DNA of 64,000 bases from Eledone cirrhosa (taxonomy: Eukaryota). The stretch is taken from assembly GCA_964016885.1 (NCBI GenBank), contig OZ024743.1:325562001-325626000 (forward strand). Direction: 5' to 3'. The position numbers and the translations under genes were made by a program. The notes under the pieces were generated by a model. That model saw only the letters and a program-made list of their open reading frames with translations. It had not been told where the DNA came from and did not search any database. Shown here in pieces: positions 11,309 to 24,682 of the stretch (the first letter of the stretch is position 1; each line of letters begins with the position of its first letter).

Positions 11309-12944
11309 AGGGTCTGATGCAATCAATAAATTAAATCAATAAACTAAACATCTTTTGCCATGTATCAAAATTGGGGAAATATTCAAACTGGTAGAAAGGA
11401 TCGTATTCTGTGATGGACTCCCACATGATTTGGTGTGGGTGGGTATGGACTCTGTAGGGGAAAATGCAGGTTTAGCAATTTTAATAGTGTGGTCAGAAAT
11501 GTCAAAAACTAGGTTTGATAGCTTGCCAAGCTGTAAGTTGAAATTGTTTCATTTAGGAGATTGGAGCACATAACTAGGAGGCGCACATTGTAGAGCTTGC
11601 CTAAGGTGTTAAATACCCAGGTGTCAGCTATCAGATCTCACACATACCGGAGTATACAAGTGTATATATGAAGCAGAGATATATACACACATTATGAGCA
11701 CAGACAAGTCTAAATGGTTAAGATGTTTATTTCACAATCATAAGGCCCTGGGTTCATTCCCACTGTATGATATCTTAGGCAAGTGTCATTTACCATAGCC
11801 TCAACATGACCCAAGTTTTGCAAGTGAAATTGGGTAAATGGAAACTATTAGGGAACCAATCAGATCAACTGTACCTATAATTATCATGTTGAATTTCTCT
11901 GAGAATTACGATGGCTCTTTTGATACCAAATTACATGAAACCAACCTTGATTCTAGATAGAAAATTGTTTGTTTTGAAGTGTTTCTATTTATCTAAAAAC
12001 CTTCCACCTTAATTTTATGCAAGAACCTTTGTTATGTACCAAACATCAGTTTAATAATGAAATTTATATTCCTAAATCCCTAAATTCTTGAATATTTTCA
12101 ACATTGTTTGAAAATCATGGTCTTTCATTAGAAATATGGAAACAAAAGAGTTAAAAATATAGGTGCCTGTAGAAAGCTCATTTCAAACAACTGACACACA
12201 CATCGTTGAAACTGGTAGGGGTCAATTCCATACACATAATTATTATTATCATCACTAACACCACCACCATTGTCATTAACATCAGTACTACTACCACTAC
12301 CATCATCATTATCATACCAACTACTACCACAACCATCATCATTATCATCACCACCACTACAACCACCACCATCATCATCATCATCTAATTTTACTCTACC
12401 ATCATGAGTTGAATAGTTTTAGGAAATTTAGATATTTAGATACTGTAAGATATGTTTGGTTGAGACAGCCCTTCTCACTTGCAGCGTCTTCTTCATATTA
12501 CTTGAAAAATAAAGGTTGCTTTTTACTGTAGAAGTCTTAATAGATGGACAGAATTGAGTGATACATAATGTCTATCTCTAAAATAGGAGTGCAAGTGATG
12601 TCCAGAAAAATATTCTCCACCACCAACTACCTTACCCACTACCCCTGGGTCATGGCTAAAATAATTAATAAATGTGGTAATATGGTGTATAGCAGACCTA
12701 TTAGAACCAAAACCAAGGTTACAGTGCCACACAGTGGGGGTGAACTTAAAACCAAGTAGTTATGAAGTGAACTCGTTAACCTCATTAGCCCACACAGCCA
12801 TGCTTACATCTTATAAGGATAAAGATCCCATAACTTCTCGTGGAGTCATAGAGGTACCGTTATATGGCATGTCTAGGGTACTTTTAAACCTGGTGGAGCC
12901 CAACCCTCTCCAGGTCTGAACACAGCTGATTTTTCCTATAGAGG

Positions 12945-13110
12945 AAGAATCGACCCCAGTACTGGACTGGTACTTTTTTTATCAACCTCGAAAGGATGAA
13001 AGGCAAAGCTGACCACTGCGGGATTTGAACTCAGAGCGTGTAATGAGGTGGGATGAATACCATAAAGCATTCTATCCAACGTTTTAATGATTCTGCCAAT
13101 TCGCTGTCTT
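12945..13110 (-). mobile_element. SINE family A, diverged
   Basis: CTGGTACTTTTTTTATCAACCTCGAAAGGATGAAAGGC...GGATTTGAACTCAG. Confidence 0.7.
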
Positions 13111-13495
13111 TACGTCTTATATCTATGGACAATTGTTTTTTCTTGTTTTTTGTTTTTTTTGGGGTTTTTTTTTACCTGAAATCAGAATTCATATTTAACC
13201 TTTTCTGAAAACAAAACAATTTGGCATTACTAGAATTACTTCATCATTACCACATATACACCATCCACCATCCACTACCAACCAATACCTTATATGGCCA
13301 GCAAGGAGTATGAAGACACAAATAGGCGTTGGTCAGCTGAAAGTATTGTATTATTGATGAAATGGTAGGAAGATAGATGGTAAATGGTGCCCACACTAGC
13401 AGTAATGGCTAGAACAGAGAGAGAGATCAGCTTACAACTGCTAATTCAGCATGTTATTGTTTGGTCTTGCTGCTTTCCTTCTACCTCTGGATTGA

Positions 13496-13532
<37 letters not shown>

Positions 13533-13549
13533 TGTCTGTGTCTGTGTCT

Positions 13550-13587
<38 letters not shown>

Positions 13588-13591
<4 letters not shown>

Positions 13592-14090
13592 AATGAACTG
13601 AGAGCAGTACTAACAGATAACAATGTTAATATGAACACAAAAAGAAAATTACTTGAAGTATGTATGAGATCTCGACTGACATATTGGAGTAAAATCTTGC
13701 CTTCCAAAAGAAATTGAAATACGAAAAATGGAGGCGTGCTGATTCAATTTCAAAGAAGCATGGTTAAAGAGGGTTGGAGCAGAGTCAATTGTAATGAAGG
13801 AGAATACAATTTTGTATACACTAACGTAGAAATATAAAATATTGTCAAGACTCCCGTCTTATGAAAGATCATCTATGGACAACACCTTATGTATATCACA
13901 CATATATGTCAGAAAATACAACATACACAAAAAACTGTTGTTTGCCAAACCAACCAGAAGATTTTATTGGGATCCATGGTAGAAGTGTGCAGAAATTCTG
14001 ACTGTTGATGAGACAAAAACAGTAACACAAAATCTGAGTTCTCCAAGCTAGTTAATGAAACAAACTTGCCTCAAGAACTTCAATGAAGTT
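13588..14090 (+). mobile_element. Old RTE-like LINE 3' fragment
   Basis: FNELRAVLTDNNVNMNTKRKLLEVCMRSRLTY resembles the post-RT region of RTE-group ORFs; heavily disrupted. Confidence 0.5.
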
Positions 14091-14099
14091 GATGGAGGA

Positions 14100-14145
<46 letters not shown>

Positions 14146-14167
14146 TCATCATCATTTTTATATATAT

Positions 14168-15620
14168 ATCATCATCATCATCATCAACGTTTAACGTCCG
14201 TGTTCCACGCTTGCATGGGTTTGGACGGGGGTAGTCCCACTTGAGACAAGAGTGATTGTCTTGCTCGCATAGGACTGTCTGGCAGGTTTTCTACAGTTGG
14301 ATGCCCTTCCTAACACCAACCACATTTACAGTGTGGGTCTGGGAGGTTTTTACCGTGTTGCCTACACGGCCACATTACAGCGTGGACTGTGTGTTTTTTT
14401 GTCGTGACACCTACACGATCTCATTTGTTTCGGCCTGGATGGCGCGGCACCAACATAACTTTACACAGAACGGGGTGGTGTGGATGGGGTGGGGGTGGTG
14501 GTGGTGGGACGGGGTGTATTTTGTTAGAGATGCCTACTGGCTGGAGTAGGTTTTACTATATATTTAGGTAAGGCGGGTCTTCTCTGTTACTGAGTACCGC
14601 CAAAGGTCTCGGTCCAGTGACATTGTCTTGGAGAGGTGTAAGTGTGTGATGTCGGAGTTTATCAGCTCGTCCCAGGTTTTTCTAGGTCTGCCTATTCCGT
14701 GACTACCGTCTATCTTTATTGCCCTGCACTTTGTTATACAGCTATCGACTTTCATGCGCATCACGTGTCCATACCAACGTAGCCTTCTCTCGAGTAAACA
14801 ACATCTGATCCCTCTTATCTCTAATTTTTTCCTTAGTTCGTTTATGCTTTGCCGTTCACGTATATTACTGTTACACATCCAGCGGAGCATGCAAGCTTCG
14901 TTCCTCTCTAGTCTGCGTATATCCTCTGCACACAATGCCCAGGTCTCACTGCCATGCAGCATTGCTGTTCGTATGCAGGCATCGTACAACCTGCCTTTCA
15001 TTTTTAGGGAGAACCCTTTAGCAGCTAATAGTGGTATAAGCTCTCTGAACTTTTTCCAACCAGTTCTGACTCTAGCTACAGTACTTTCAGAGCACCCTCC
15101 CCCACTGCTGATTTTATCGCCCAGGTAACGGAAGCTGTCCACTATTTCTATAGAACCCTCTGCGCAATTGAAAGAGCTAGTATTTTGTGGGCACTTGCTG
15201 CTACTTATTGCACCAGAACACCGGCCACATGTAAAATCTATGTTCTTAGTTAGCTTACCTGTGATCCCACTACATCTTTTATGCACCCATACTTTGCATT
15301 TAGGACATAAAATGGAGTTTCTACCTACGCCTTTCCTACACACCGAGCACGACCATTTCCCAGAAGGGACCGCCGCCTTGTTTTCTTTCCTACAAACTAG
15401 AACTTTGGTCTTAGCCAGGTTAATTTTAAGTCCTTTTGACTCTAGGCCGTGCTTCCATGTTTGGAATTTCTTCTCTAGCTCGGCCATTGATTCCGCTATG
15501 AGTGTCAGGTCGTCTGCGTATAGGAGTTCCCATGGGCAGCCTGTCTTGAACTCCTCTGTTATAGCCTGAAGGGCAATAATAAATAGTAGGGGGCTGAGAA
15601 CAGAGCCCTGATGGACGCCA
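14168..15620 (-). mobile_element. 5'-truncated RTE LINE (young subfamily)
   Basis: ORF 14564-15487 plus upstream GVHQGSVLSP/YADD; 3'UTR and (CAT)n tail at the left end. Confidence 0.97.
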
Positions 15621-15654
15621 AAATATATATATATATATATATGTATATGTATTT

Positions 15655-16236
15655 ATATTTGGGGAGGGTCATATTGTTATAATATTGCCAGAAATAACAA
15701 TAAAACACACACACTCTGGTTTGGATTGGTTTTCGCTTCTGTATATTTTATATCTCCATAGTTAATTTAGCTGGCAATCAATGTTTATCATTGATTGACC
15801 AACGGTTAAAAATATAGACATAAATATATATATATAGTCTATGAAAGTTCTTTCATCACACACCTGTGTGGTACTAGTGGTACTATTATGTTTCCTCCCA
15901 TTGTATTGTAATGCCTATACTATGTTTTATTTATTTATTTATTTATTCTTGTCTCTGTTTGCACATGCGTATCTGTGTATGTTTTCTGTTTGGGGTGTGT
16001 TTGTGTCAGAGTCAGTGTGTGTTTTTTATTCTATCTTTGCTCACTAGTGTGTGTTTATGTGTGGTTGTTGTTATTGCACCTGTGTATATTTATTTATATT
16101 TATCTTAGGTCACTATTGTGTGTTTGTGTATGGTTGTTGTTTTTGTTATTATTCCATTCATTTTTTTTGTTCAACTTCAGTTTTCTTAGTTCTATTTCAG
16201 TTGCTTCTCTGATTTGTCTACCTGTTGAGTCATTAT
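15655..16236 (-). mobile_element. Penelope-like element 3' fragment: GIY-YIG C-terminal remnant plus family P1 terminus
   Basis: Minus strand from 16234 reads NDSTGRQIREATEIELRKLKLNKKNEW (R-I-R-E-A-x-E-I...L-N pattern ending PLE endonucleases), followed by ...TATGACCCTCCCCAAATA, shared with 8722-8978. Confidence 0.6.
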
Positions 16237-16831
16237 TTATATATATATCTCTCGTCTGCGACTTCACAGAACTTATGTTTACCGAATTCGCAGACCAGAC
16301 CCCTTCTTCTTCCCCCCGTTAGACCTGTGCGAAATTCCTTCCTTGCTCACATTTCAACCAGGTTTGATGGTCTTTATTCTCTTGTTCACGATTTCACCGA
16401 GTTTATATTCATAGAAATCTGGAACTTGTCTCTTTCTTCTCACTTTCTGTTGCTTAAACCATTTTGTTTGTTCACCCTAACGTCCCCTTTATTTACGTGT
16501 CCCAACGACTTTTTTTAGCCGTTGTTCGCACCAACCTGAGGTATATGGCCCTTAAAGCGATGAAATGCCTAGGACGGTTGGAGGGTCACTGATGAAGGAC
16601 TTACTTTTTCATATGTAACCCATTTGAAACGCCGCAGCTCCATTATTATCATATATATATATATAAATACACACACTTATAATAATGAAAAATAAGGCAG
16701 TATTTTGGAATCTTATATTATTTTATAAATTACACTAATGCTGTTATACACAGCCCTTCAACTAGGCTGGAAGAAACAACATTAAAAATACTCACCCGGG
16801 ACATATTGCAGTATAAAAAAATTTCATAATA

Positions 16832-16892
16832 GCTGTCTGATGAGGTTGTATCAATTACATAATTGATACAATTGAAATGTATATAATAACAA
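16832..16892 (+). ncRNA. Hammerhead-like motif in the right arm of fold-back 16681-16950
   Basis: GCTGT-CTGATGA(16837-43); stem II GGTTGTATCAATT-ACAT-AATTGATACAATT; GAAA 16874-77. The stem I 3' strand is decayed here but preserved (ACAGC) on the minus strand of the left arm. Confidence 0.6.
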
Positions 16893-17102
16893 TGATGTAA
16901 TAAATAATATGATACAAGATTCTAGAATACTAACTTATTCTTCATTTTTATACAAAAACTCTATTATACATAAACCTGCGTAATTACATCACAATCTGGA
17001 AAGGATATTACATTGAATACTAAAACCTGCATACACAAGTGTTAGCTGATATACACATAGAAATGAGAAATAATAACCAATTGACAAACACAAATGGATC
17101 AA

Positions 17103-17144
<42 letters not shown>

Positions 17145-17199
17145 ATATATATACATAGCTCCTGTACAGAATAGTATACTAATAAAGTATAATTGCCTT

Positions 17200-17940
17200 A
17201 CATGGTGATAGTGGTGGTGGTGATGGTGATTGTGGTGGTGGTGGTAGTGATGGTGGTGGTGATGATGATTGTGATGGCAGTAATTGTGGTTGTGGAAGTA
17301 GTAATGGTAGTGTTAGTAGTGGGGGTAGTAGTGTTAATACTGGTAGTAGTGATGGTGGTGTGTTAAAGGTAGTTTTATGGTAGTAGTGGTGATAGAGTTG
17401 GAGGTAGTGTTATTGGTGATGTTACTGTTAGTATTAGTGGTGGTGTGTGGTAGTGTTGAGGTGGGGATGATGGTAGTGGTACTGGAGGTGGTAGTGTTAG
17501 AGATAGTGTTAGTGACAGTGATAGTGGTGGTAGTGTTAGAGATAGTGTTAGTGTTAGTGGTAGTTATGGTGTTGGTGTTAGTGGTAGTGATGGTGGTGTA
17601 AGTGATAGTGGTGGTGGTGGTGGTGGTGGTGGCGATGAGAGTGGAGCTGAAAGATATTTCTGTAAGTGATTGAACCCAGAAACAATATTTGATTGTTGTG
17701 AGTCACTGACAATGTGAACAACACATAGAGGGATTGGAGAGCAATATATAACTGTGTTGCTGTGGTGGTAGTGCTGGTGGTGTTGTTGTGGTGGTGTGGT
17801 GATGGTGGTGGTGGTGGTGGTGGTATGATGGTGGTGATGTAGTGGTGGTGGTGGTGGTGATGTAGTGGTGGTGATGGTAGTGGCATGATGGTGGTGGTGA
17901 TGGTGGTGGTGATGGTGCGGAGGGTAGAGGGTGGGGAGTT
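17200..17940. repeat. (GGT/GAT/GTA)n low-complexity tract
   Basis: Degenerate trinucleotide repeats. Confidence 0.9.
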
Positions 17941-18011
17941 ATTTGTATTGGATGTGTTATATTTTCAGCCTATGAGTAATGGCAGGTTTCAGTAGAGTGT
18001 GTGTGTGTGTG

Positions 18012-18069
<58 letters not shown>

Positions 18070-18139
18070 TTTTCTGAAGAGGAACAGAAAGATATCAACA
18101 GTTAAACAAAGATCTCAATACATTAAGTAAAGAAAGTAC

Positions 18140-18276
18140 ATGATGTATTTCATATAAATATTACTTCTCCAGAACTACAACTGTTTCATTCAATTGAAAT
18201 TATTAGGATGATGATTTCAAATAAATGAAACAGTTCTAGTCCTGTAGAAGTCATTTTCTTTATGAAATAAATCATA
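18140..18276. repeat. Fold-back with two back-to-back decayed hammerhead cores
   Basis: Plus strand ATGATGA-TTTC..AAAT-GAAACAGTTCTA; minus strand CTAATAA-TTTC..GAAT-GAAACAGTTGTA. Related solo arm at ~3425-3470. Confidence 0.55.
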
Positions 18277-18285
18277 TATATATAT

Positions 18286-20137
18286 TACAAGGGTAAAGGA
18301 GATGCTCTTGATAGGGGTAACTATAGAGGCATTAAATTAATCGACCAGGTCATGAACATCACAGAAAAAGTAATAGCGCAACTAATCAGAGAACGAATTG
18401 ATCTAGATGAAATGCAGTTCGGGTTTGTGTCAGGTAAAAGTACCATAGACACTCTTTTCATTGTACGACAACTACAAGAGAAGTACCTAGCTAAAAGTAA
18501 ACCCTTATACTTAGCTTTTGTTGACTTGGTGAAAGCCTTTGACAGAGTCCCCCGCCCCATTATCTGGTGGGCCCTTAGAAAACTAGGTGTTGATGAATGG
18601 CTTGTGAGAGCTATACAAGCCATGTATAAAGAAACAGTCAGCAAGGTTAGAATTAACAACGAATATAGTGAAGAGTTTAGCGTAAAAGTTGGTGTTCATC
18701 AGGGCTCCGTACTTAGCCCCCCTACTATTTATTATTGCCCTTCAGGCTATAACAGAGGAGTTCAAGACCGGCTGCCCACGGGAACTCCTATATGCAGATG
18801 ATCTAACGCTCATAGCTGAATCAATGGCTGAACTAGAGAAGAAATTCCAAACATGGAAGCATGGCCTAGAATCAAAAGGCCTTAAAGTTAACTTGTCTAA
18901 GACTAAAGTTCTAGTTTGTAGGAATGAAAATAGGGCACCGGTCCCATCTGGGAAATGACCATGCTCAGTCTGTAGGAAACGAGTAGGCAGAAACTCTATT
19001 TTATGTCCCAAATGCAAAGTATGGGTGCATAAAAGATGTAGTGGGATCACAGGTAAGCTAACTAAGAGTATAGATTTTATATGTGGCTGGTGCTCTGGTG
19101 CAATAAGTAGCAGCAAGTGCCCACAAAATACTAGCTCATTCCATTGAACAGATGGTTCTATAGAAATAATGGACACCTTCCGTTACCTGGGTGACAAAAT
19201 CAGCAGTGGGGGAGGGTGCTCTGAAAGTACAGTAGCTAGAGTCAGAACGGGATGGAAAAAGTTCAGAAAGCTTATACCACTATTGGCCGCTAAAGGTTTC
19301 TCTCTAAAAATGAAAGGCAGGCTGTATGATGCCTGCATACGAACAGCAATGTTACATGGCAGTGAGACCTGGACATTGTGTGCAGAGGATATACGCAGAC
19401 TGGAGAGAAACGAAGCTTGCATGCTCCGCTGGATGTGTAATAGTAATATACGTGAATGGCAAAGCATAAACGAACTAAGGGAGAAATTAGGAATAAGAGG
19501 GATCAGATGTTGTTTACTCGAGAGAAGACTACGTTGGTACGGTCACGTGATGCACATGAAAGACGACAGCTGTATAAAAAAGTGCAAGGCGATAAAAATA
19601 GGTGGTAGCCACGGAGTACGCAGACCCAGAAAAACCTGGGACGACTTGATAAATTCCGACCTCACACACTTACACCTCTCCAAGACAATGTCACTGGACC
19701 GAGACCTTTGGCGCTACACAGTTATACAGAAGACCCGCCTTGCCTAAGTACAAAGCGAAACCTACAGTCAGTAGGCACCTCTAACAAAATACACCCCCGT
19801 CCCACAACCCCCACCCCATCCACACCACCCTCTTAAATGTGAAGTTATGTTGGTACCACAACATCCAGTCCGAAACAAATGAGGTCGTGTAGGTGTCACG
19901 ACAAAAAAACACACAGTCCACGCTGTAATGTGGCCGTGTAGGTAACACGGTAAAAACCTCCCAGTCCACACTGTAAACGTGGTTGGTGTTAGGAATGGCA
20001 TCCAGCCGTAGAAAACCCGCCAGACAGTCCTTTACAAGCAGGACAACAAATCTTGCCTCAAGTGAGAAACCTCCCGTCTAAACCCATGCAAGTGTGGAAG
20101 ATGGACGTTAAACGATGATGATGATGATGATGATGAT
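18286..20137 (+). mobile_element. 5'-truncated RTE LINE with frameshift and stop codons
   Basis: ORF pieces 18352-18801, 18689-18958 and 19169-19747; 3'UTR and (GAT)n tail. Confidence 0.97.
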
Positions 20138-21667
20138 GTTATACTTTGGGAGGATCATGCTGCCAATAAAAGCACACACACTTGTTGGTTTTCACTTCAA
20201 TTTATTACAAACTAGCAGCAGTACCCAGCGTTGCCTGGGTAGGTAAAATATCTGCTTTGATGAAAAGGTGTTGGTCTTAGTGACTGCGAGTTTCTTGAAA
20301 ATCGGTCGTAAGGTGTAGCAAATGGCGAAATGTTGAGTGAAATTGTATGGAATATGTGGGAGGTGGAAAAAATCGTATTTTGAAGAGTTAAACGGCTGCC
20401 ACACTGTCCCTTTACAAAAAATGCAAAGTGTAAAGCCACTATAAGATGTGCAATGATAGGTTCTATCGTAGTATAAAAGTTGAACCAAATAAATTGATTT
20501 ATGTGTGAGGTGGAGCCGAAGTTTCGAATTTGAACAAAATTGGTTGAAAAATGTGGGAGCTAATGATAGGTTCTATCGTAGTATAAAAGTTGAACCAAAT
20601 AAATTGATTTATGTGTGAGGTGGAGCCAAAGTTTCGAATTTGAACGAAATCGGTTGAAAAATGTGGGAGCTAGAGCCGAAAAGGCGGAAATTTGAGCAAA
20701 AAGGTGGTATTTTCGAATATTTAAGCAGCTGCCACGCCATTCCTGAACATAAAATCCAAAATGTAAAGCCACTTTAAGACGTGAAATAATCAGATCTAGC
20801 GTAGTGTAAAATTTGAACAAAGTAGGGTGATTAATGTGGGAGCTAGAGCCCACATTAAAAGTGGAAATTTGAGTCTAAAAGTGGTATTTTTAAATATTTA
20901 AGCGGCTGCCACGCCGTCCCTGAACAAAAAATGCAAAATATAAAGCCATTACAGGATGTGCAATGATAAATTCTATTTTCCTTTAAAATTTGAACGAAAT
21001 CGGTGGCAAAATGTGGGAGCTAGAGCCAAAATTCTTATTTTCCGATACCTAAAAAAAGGTGACACCCCCCCCCCCCCCCCCCCCCCCATCGATTTTTATC
21101 TGCAGAATGACCCCGGGATAAAAAAACGATACGCTGATATATAGAAAACTAATCTATGAGCCTGTAAAGTTTCATGAAAATCGGTCATAAGATGTAGGCC
21201 CCTATAGGTAATACACAGACACACAGACACACATACTTAATTTTATATATATACAGATTTCTGGTTGGTTGGTTCAATAACCGGATAATTGTTTATATAT
21301 TGTCAAAGCTCTTTTGTCACACATTCTGTCACCTTTTCAGTAACTGATTTGTTATTTTGTGTCTCTCCTTTGTTCTGTCCTACACCATCTTGTTTTTGTG
21401 TGTTGTGTGCTGCGTACTTAGTTTGTGCATGCGTTATATCCAGGGGTGTGTGTGTTTTTATTTATTTGTCACTAGTTGGTTGTTTGTTCTATCTGTGTGT
21501 GTCTGATTTGTTTTATTAGTTTGCTTCTTGTGTGTCTCTGTATGTCTTTATCTTGTCCTTAATCACTAGTTGTGTTTATTGGTAGCATGACCTTCCCAAC
21601 ATATAACAATATCTGTTTCAACACGTTTTCAGATAAGAAATCTTGCAAAACAAATTCAAAAACAAAG
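20137..21667 (-). mobile_element. Penelope-like family P1 element split by a Helitron
   Basis: 20137-20211 and 21258-21667 rejoin as TTTATTACAAA|TTTCTGG, matching the reverse complement of 8888-8907. Decayed hammerhead at 21302-21344 on the minus strand. Confidence 0.65.
20212..21257 (-). mobile_element. Non-autonomous Helitron
   Basis: Minus strand starts TC(TGTATATATATAAAA) and ends CCCAGGCAACGCTGGG hairpin...CTAG; inserted between A and T with no TSD; internal tandem duplications (~109 bp at 20452-20670). Confidence 0.85.
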
Positions 21668-21677
21668 TATGTATATG

Positions 21678-21878
21678 ACAGTCGATTGACTTTCGTCAAA
21701 TCGGACCGAGGAAACAATGTTTCCAATTGCTAATATTGTCTATCGGTCGCAACTCCAGGTAGAAGGAGCAACGTGAAATAAAGTGTTTTGTTCAAGGACA
21801 TAACGCATCGCCCAGTCCAGGAATCAAACTTACGACCTCACAATTGCAAATCCAATTTTATAACCACTCAGCCACGCT
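21678..21878 (-). mobile_element. tRNA/CORE-like SINE (family C; related copy ~32805-33006)
   Basis: GAGCAACGTGAAATAAAGTGTTTTGTTCAAGGACA...CAGGAATCAAACT...AACCACTCAGCCAC. Confidence 0.7.
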
Positions 21879-22375
21879 ATATATATATACACATATGGAT
21901 GGATTTCTCAGCATGGAGTGATGCCATGTTGCAAAGGACCCATCCAACTCATGCAACTGAGAAAAAACAGAAGATGATGATATATTTATTTATTTATTAA
22001 TATTGTCAAATGGAAGATAAAAGGCCAAAAATGAGTGAGATGTGGTACTTTATGATGGAGTGGGGGACTTCAAGATAAGGTGTGTATAATCATGAGAGAG
22101 AAGGAGTCCATTTTTGGAAGATTGAAGTGTAATGTAAGATAAAAATGGTAAAGAAACACTGGTATAGAATGGGTGTATATAGAATGTGCAGGATGTATGT
22201 TTGTGTAAGTATGTGTATGAGGGTCTCATACTCTGGAGCAAACATCACTAGAGTGATGATTTTTTTTTAGCGCTAAGTGCAAATGCATGACCTTCTTAGG
22301 AGTGATGCACTTAAGCACGACAATCTAGGTCACTTTAAATTCTTTTTTTTTCCTTTTTTTTTTTCAAACTCCACT

Positions 22376-22680
22376 ATGAAGTTTGTCGCCTGCCTTAAGA
22401 ATGATGGCAAACTTATTAACTTTGATGGATATTTGTACTGGAAAGGCAAAGAACACAAGACCTCCATAAGCTGGCAGTGCACTGTCAAAGAATACAAAGG
22501 TCATCTTATTACCAGCAGTACACCAAACAAGTGGGATATTCAAGATATAAGAGAGGAACATTGCGACCTACCAAATCCAACGAGGGTTGAGGTCAAGAAA
22601 CTCTGCTCCCAGGTGACAGAACAAGCCATATCCACCAAAGATCCACTATGTAGAATTATTCAGGACAAGGTGCCGTTTTT
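22376..22680 (+). pseudogene. FLYWCH zinc-finger fragment, probably from a Mutator/MULE transposase
   Basis: LINFDGYLYWK...SISWQCTVKEYKGHLIT...EEHCDLPNP fits a decayed F/Y-L-Y..W-x-C..C..H-x-H-P pattern. Confidence 0.55.
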
Positions 22681-22722
22681 AGACTTTCTCCAAGGTTGTT
22701 CTTACAACCACAAGTTGAACAT

Positions 22723-22938
22723 TTAACGCTTTAGCATTTACATTACTCTATATTTATTACTATATTTTCACGGTAAAGGCTTTACCTCACATAATATCGA
22801 ATCTACGAGATTGTGATGTTATTTATTTTAAGAACAATATCTTAACATCAGTATGAGCAGCTGGTTACAGTCAGTTTGAACAGAAAGAGGTGAAACAATT
22901 CTGGCCGTATATGGCAGGTTTAAATGCTAAAGGATTAA
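22723..22938. mobile_element. piggyBac-type MITE
   Basis: TTAA-CGCTTTAGCATTTA...TAAATGCTAAAGGA-TTAA. Confidence 0.8.
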
Positions 22939-23689
22939 ACTTTTATTACTTTCTATGAAATTTTAAACAACTTTACAATCTGGTTCACTTAGCTATTTTG
23001 TACAATGGTTTGCATTTCACTTTTTTATTAAAATTTTACTTCTAGTTTAATTTCAATTTCTTGCTTTTTACATGTTATCACTCAGGTCAATAAAACTATA
23101 TCACTAAAAAAGTGGAGGTCAATAAAAATATCGCTCAAATGTTGCTTGCTAATATAAAAAGTGTTCTAGAGAATGGCAAGAATGTATGGACACTTGTGTG
23201 TGTGTGTAGTCTCTAGCCATGCATATATGGTGAGTATGCATAGGAGGCCGTCGTATAGAAGTGAAATATTTCAAATTATAAAACACATAATACACACATA
23301 TGTATACTGGCATTGTCTGCATATGTTTTGCATATGTGTGTGTATAAATATATATGTGTGTGTGTGTGTGCATACATACCCCTACATATGCACACAAATA
23401 TTTAGAAGTGATTGACACATATTTTAATATACAATCATATGTGTGTGTGTGTATGCTAGTGTGTGTTTGTGTTTCATCCTATGCTTTTTAGTTAGGTGGG
23501 GAGTGAGTAGATAAATGGTTTTTAAGAGCTCTGTCGCTTTGTAGAAGGGTGCTGTGATCATGATTATAGTTGTCAGCAAAATGTTTGAGAAGTTTAGTAA
23601 CAAGTCAGTTTTAACCAAGACTTAATTCCTTGAAGTTCATGTCTAGATGTCTTTGGAAGATTTGACAAACTGATAAACTGGTTCTCATA

Positions 23690-24245
23690 TCTATAATATA
23701 AAGGAAAGTTGTCTCTGTGTGTGTGTTCAGGTTATATTCAGAAATCAGAGAACAAACATCCACAAAAAACAGATATTGTCTCTTATTCCACTGGACAAGT
23801 AATAGTAGCATTAATTTTGATGTATGAAACAGTAATTTATATTAAATTCAATTCTATTTATTTTCCAGTATTCATATAAAAACAATGTGGCCATTTTGTT
23901 TTGGAATTATCTCTCAGTGGATTGGCAGTATCGGTAGAGGGTCGGACGGCATGCTTTCCAGCATAGTTACGTCCCTTTACGATCTGAGTTCAAATCCCGC
24001 CGAGGTTGACTTTGCCTTTCATCCTTACGGGGTCGATAAAATAAAGTACCAGTAATGTACTGGGTAATTGCTGGCCTTGTGCCTAAAGTAGAAACAATTA
24101 TCTCTCTTTCTCCATTCTGTAGAGGACAAAAAGGATGAGAGTGGAAGAGAGAGGATGTGAGAAAAAGAGAGAGTAAAAATGAGAAAAGTAATATGTGCCA
24201 AAATATATTGTTACTTTCATAATATACTTGGTCATTGACAGCTAG
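23690..24245 (+). mobile_element. Possible old non-autonomous Helitron containing a SINE
   Basis: A|TCTATAATATAAA, then (GT)n, ending CTAG|T; 3' hairpin not clear. Confidence 0.4.
23916..24095 (+). mobile_element. SINE family A with 11-bp TSD
   Basis: AATTATCTCTC at 23905-15 and 24096-106. Confidence 0.9.
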
Positions 24246-24682
24246 TTTCTATTAAGAGACACTGCCTATAATTTTTTAAATAATCAAGAATTTGGGAGAT
24301 TTTTGTAAACTAACTTTCTCATTACTAAGTTGAAGTGTGAAGTATAACTTAATGGTGGTTCTTACATAAAATTATGATGGAATGTTTTTAGGTAAATATA
24401 AAGACATTGGAATAAATGGTTTTATATAGTATAACCAAAAGTGGTTTCAGGCAGTTTTTGTATCAAAAGGATTAAAGAACTGCAGAAAACTTTCCAAACA
24501 TAGAATAATTATTTTGCTTCTAAAGTCCTGAGGGAAAACAGGTCTTGTTTAACCCTTTCATTACCAAATTACCTGAAATTGCCCCAGGTTCTACAACGCA
24601 AGGCTGTTTGTTTTAAGTGTTTATATTAATAAAAAAAATCTTCCTTCATAATGTTATGTTAGAACCTTTGTTAACAAGTGCA

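Noticed and set aside
12455-12500. Minus-strand micro-exon (TTTTCAAG|...ATG AAG AAG ACG CTG CAA|GTGAGA)
   Set aside because: Splice-like signals occur often by chance; no recognisable protein or neighbouring exons.
16581-16640. CTGATGA...GAAAC pair
   Set aside because: Both boxes are present with a partial stem II, but there is no NUH triplet or stem I partner.
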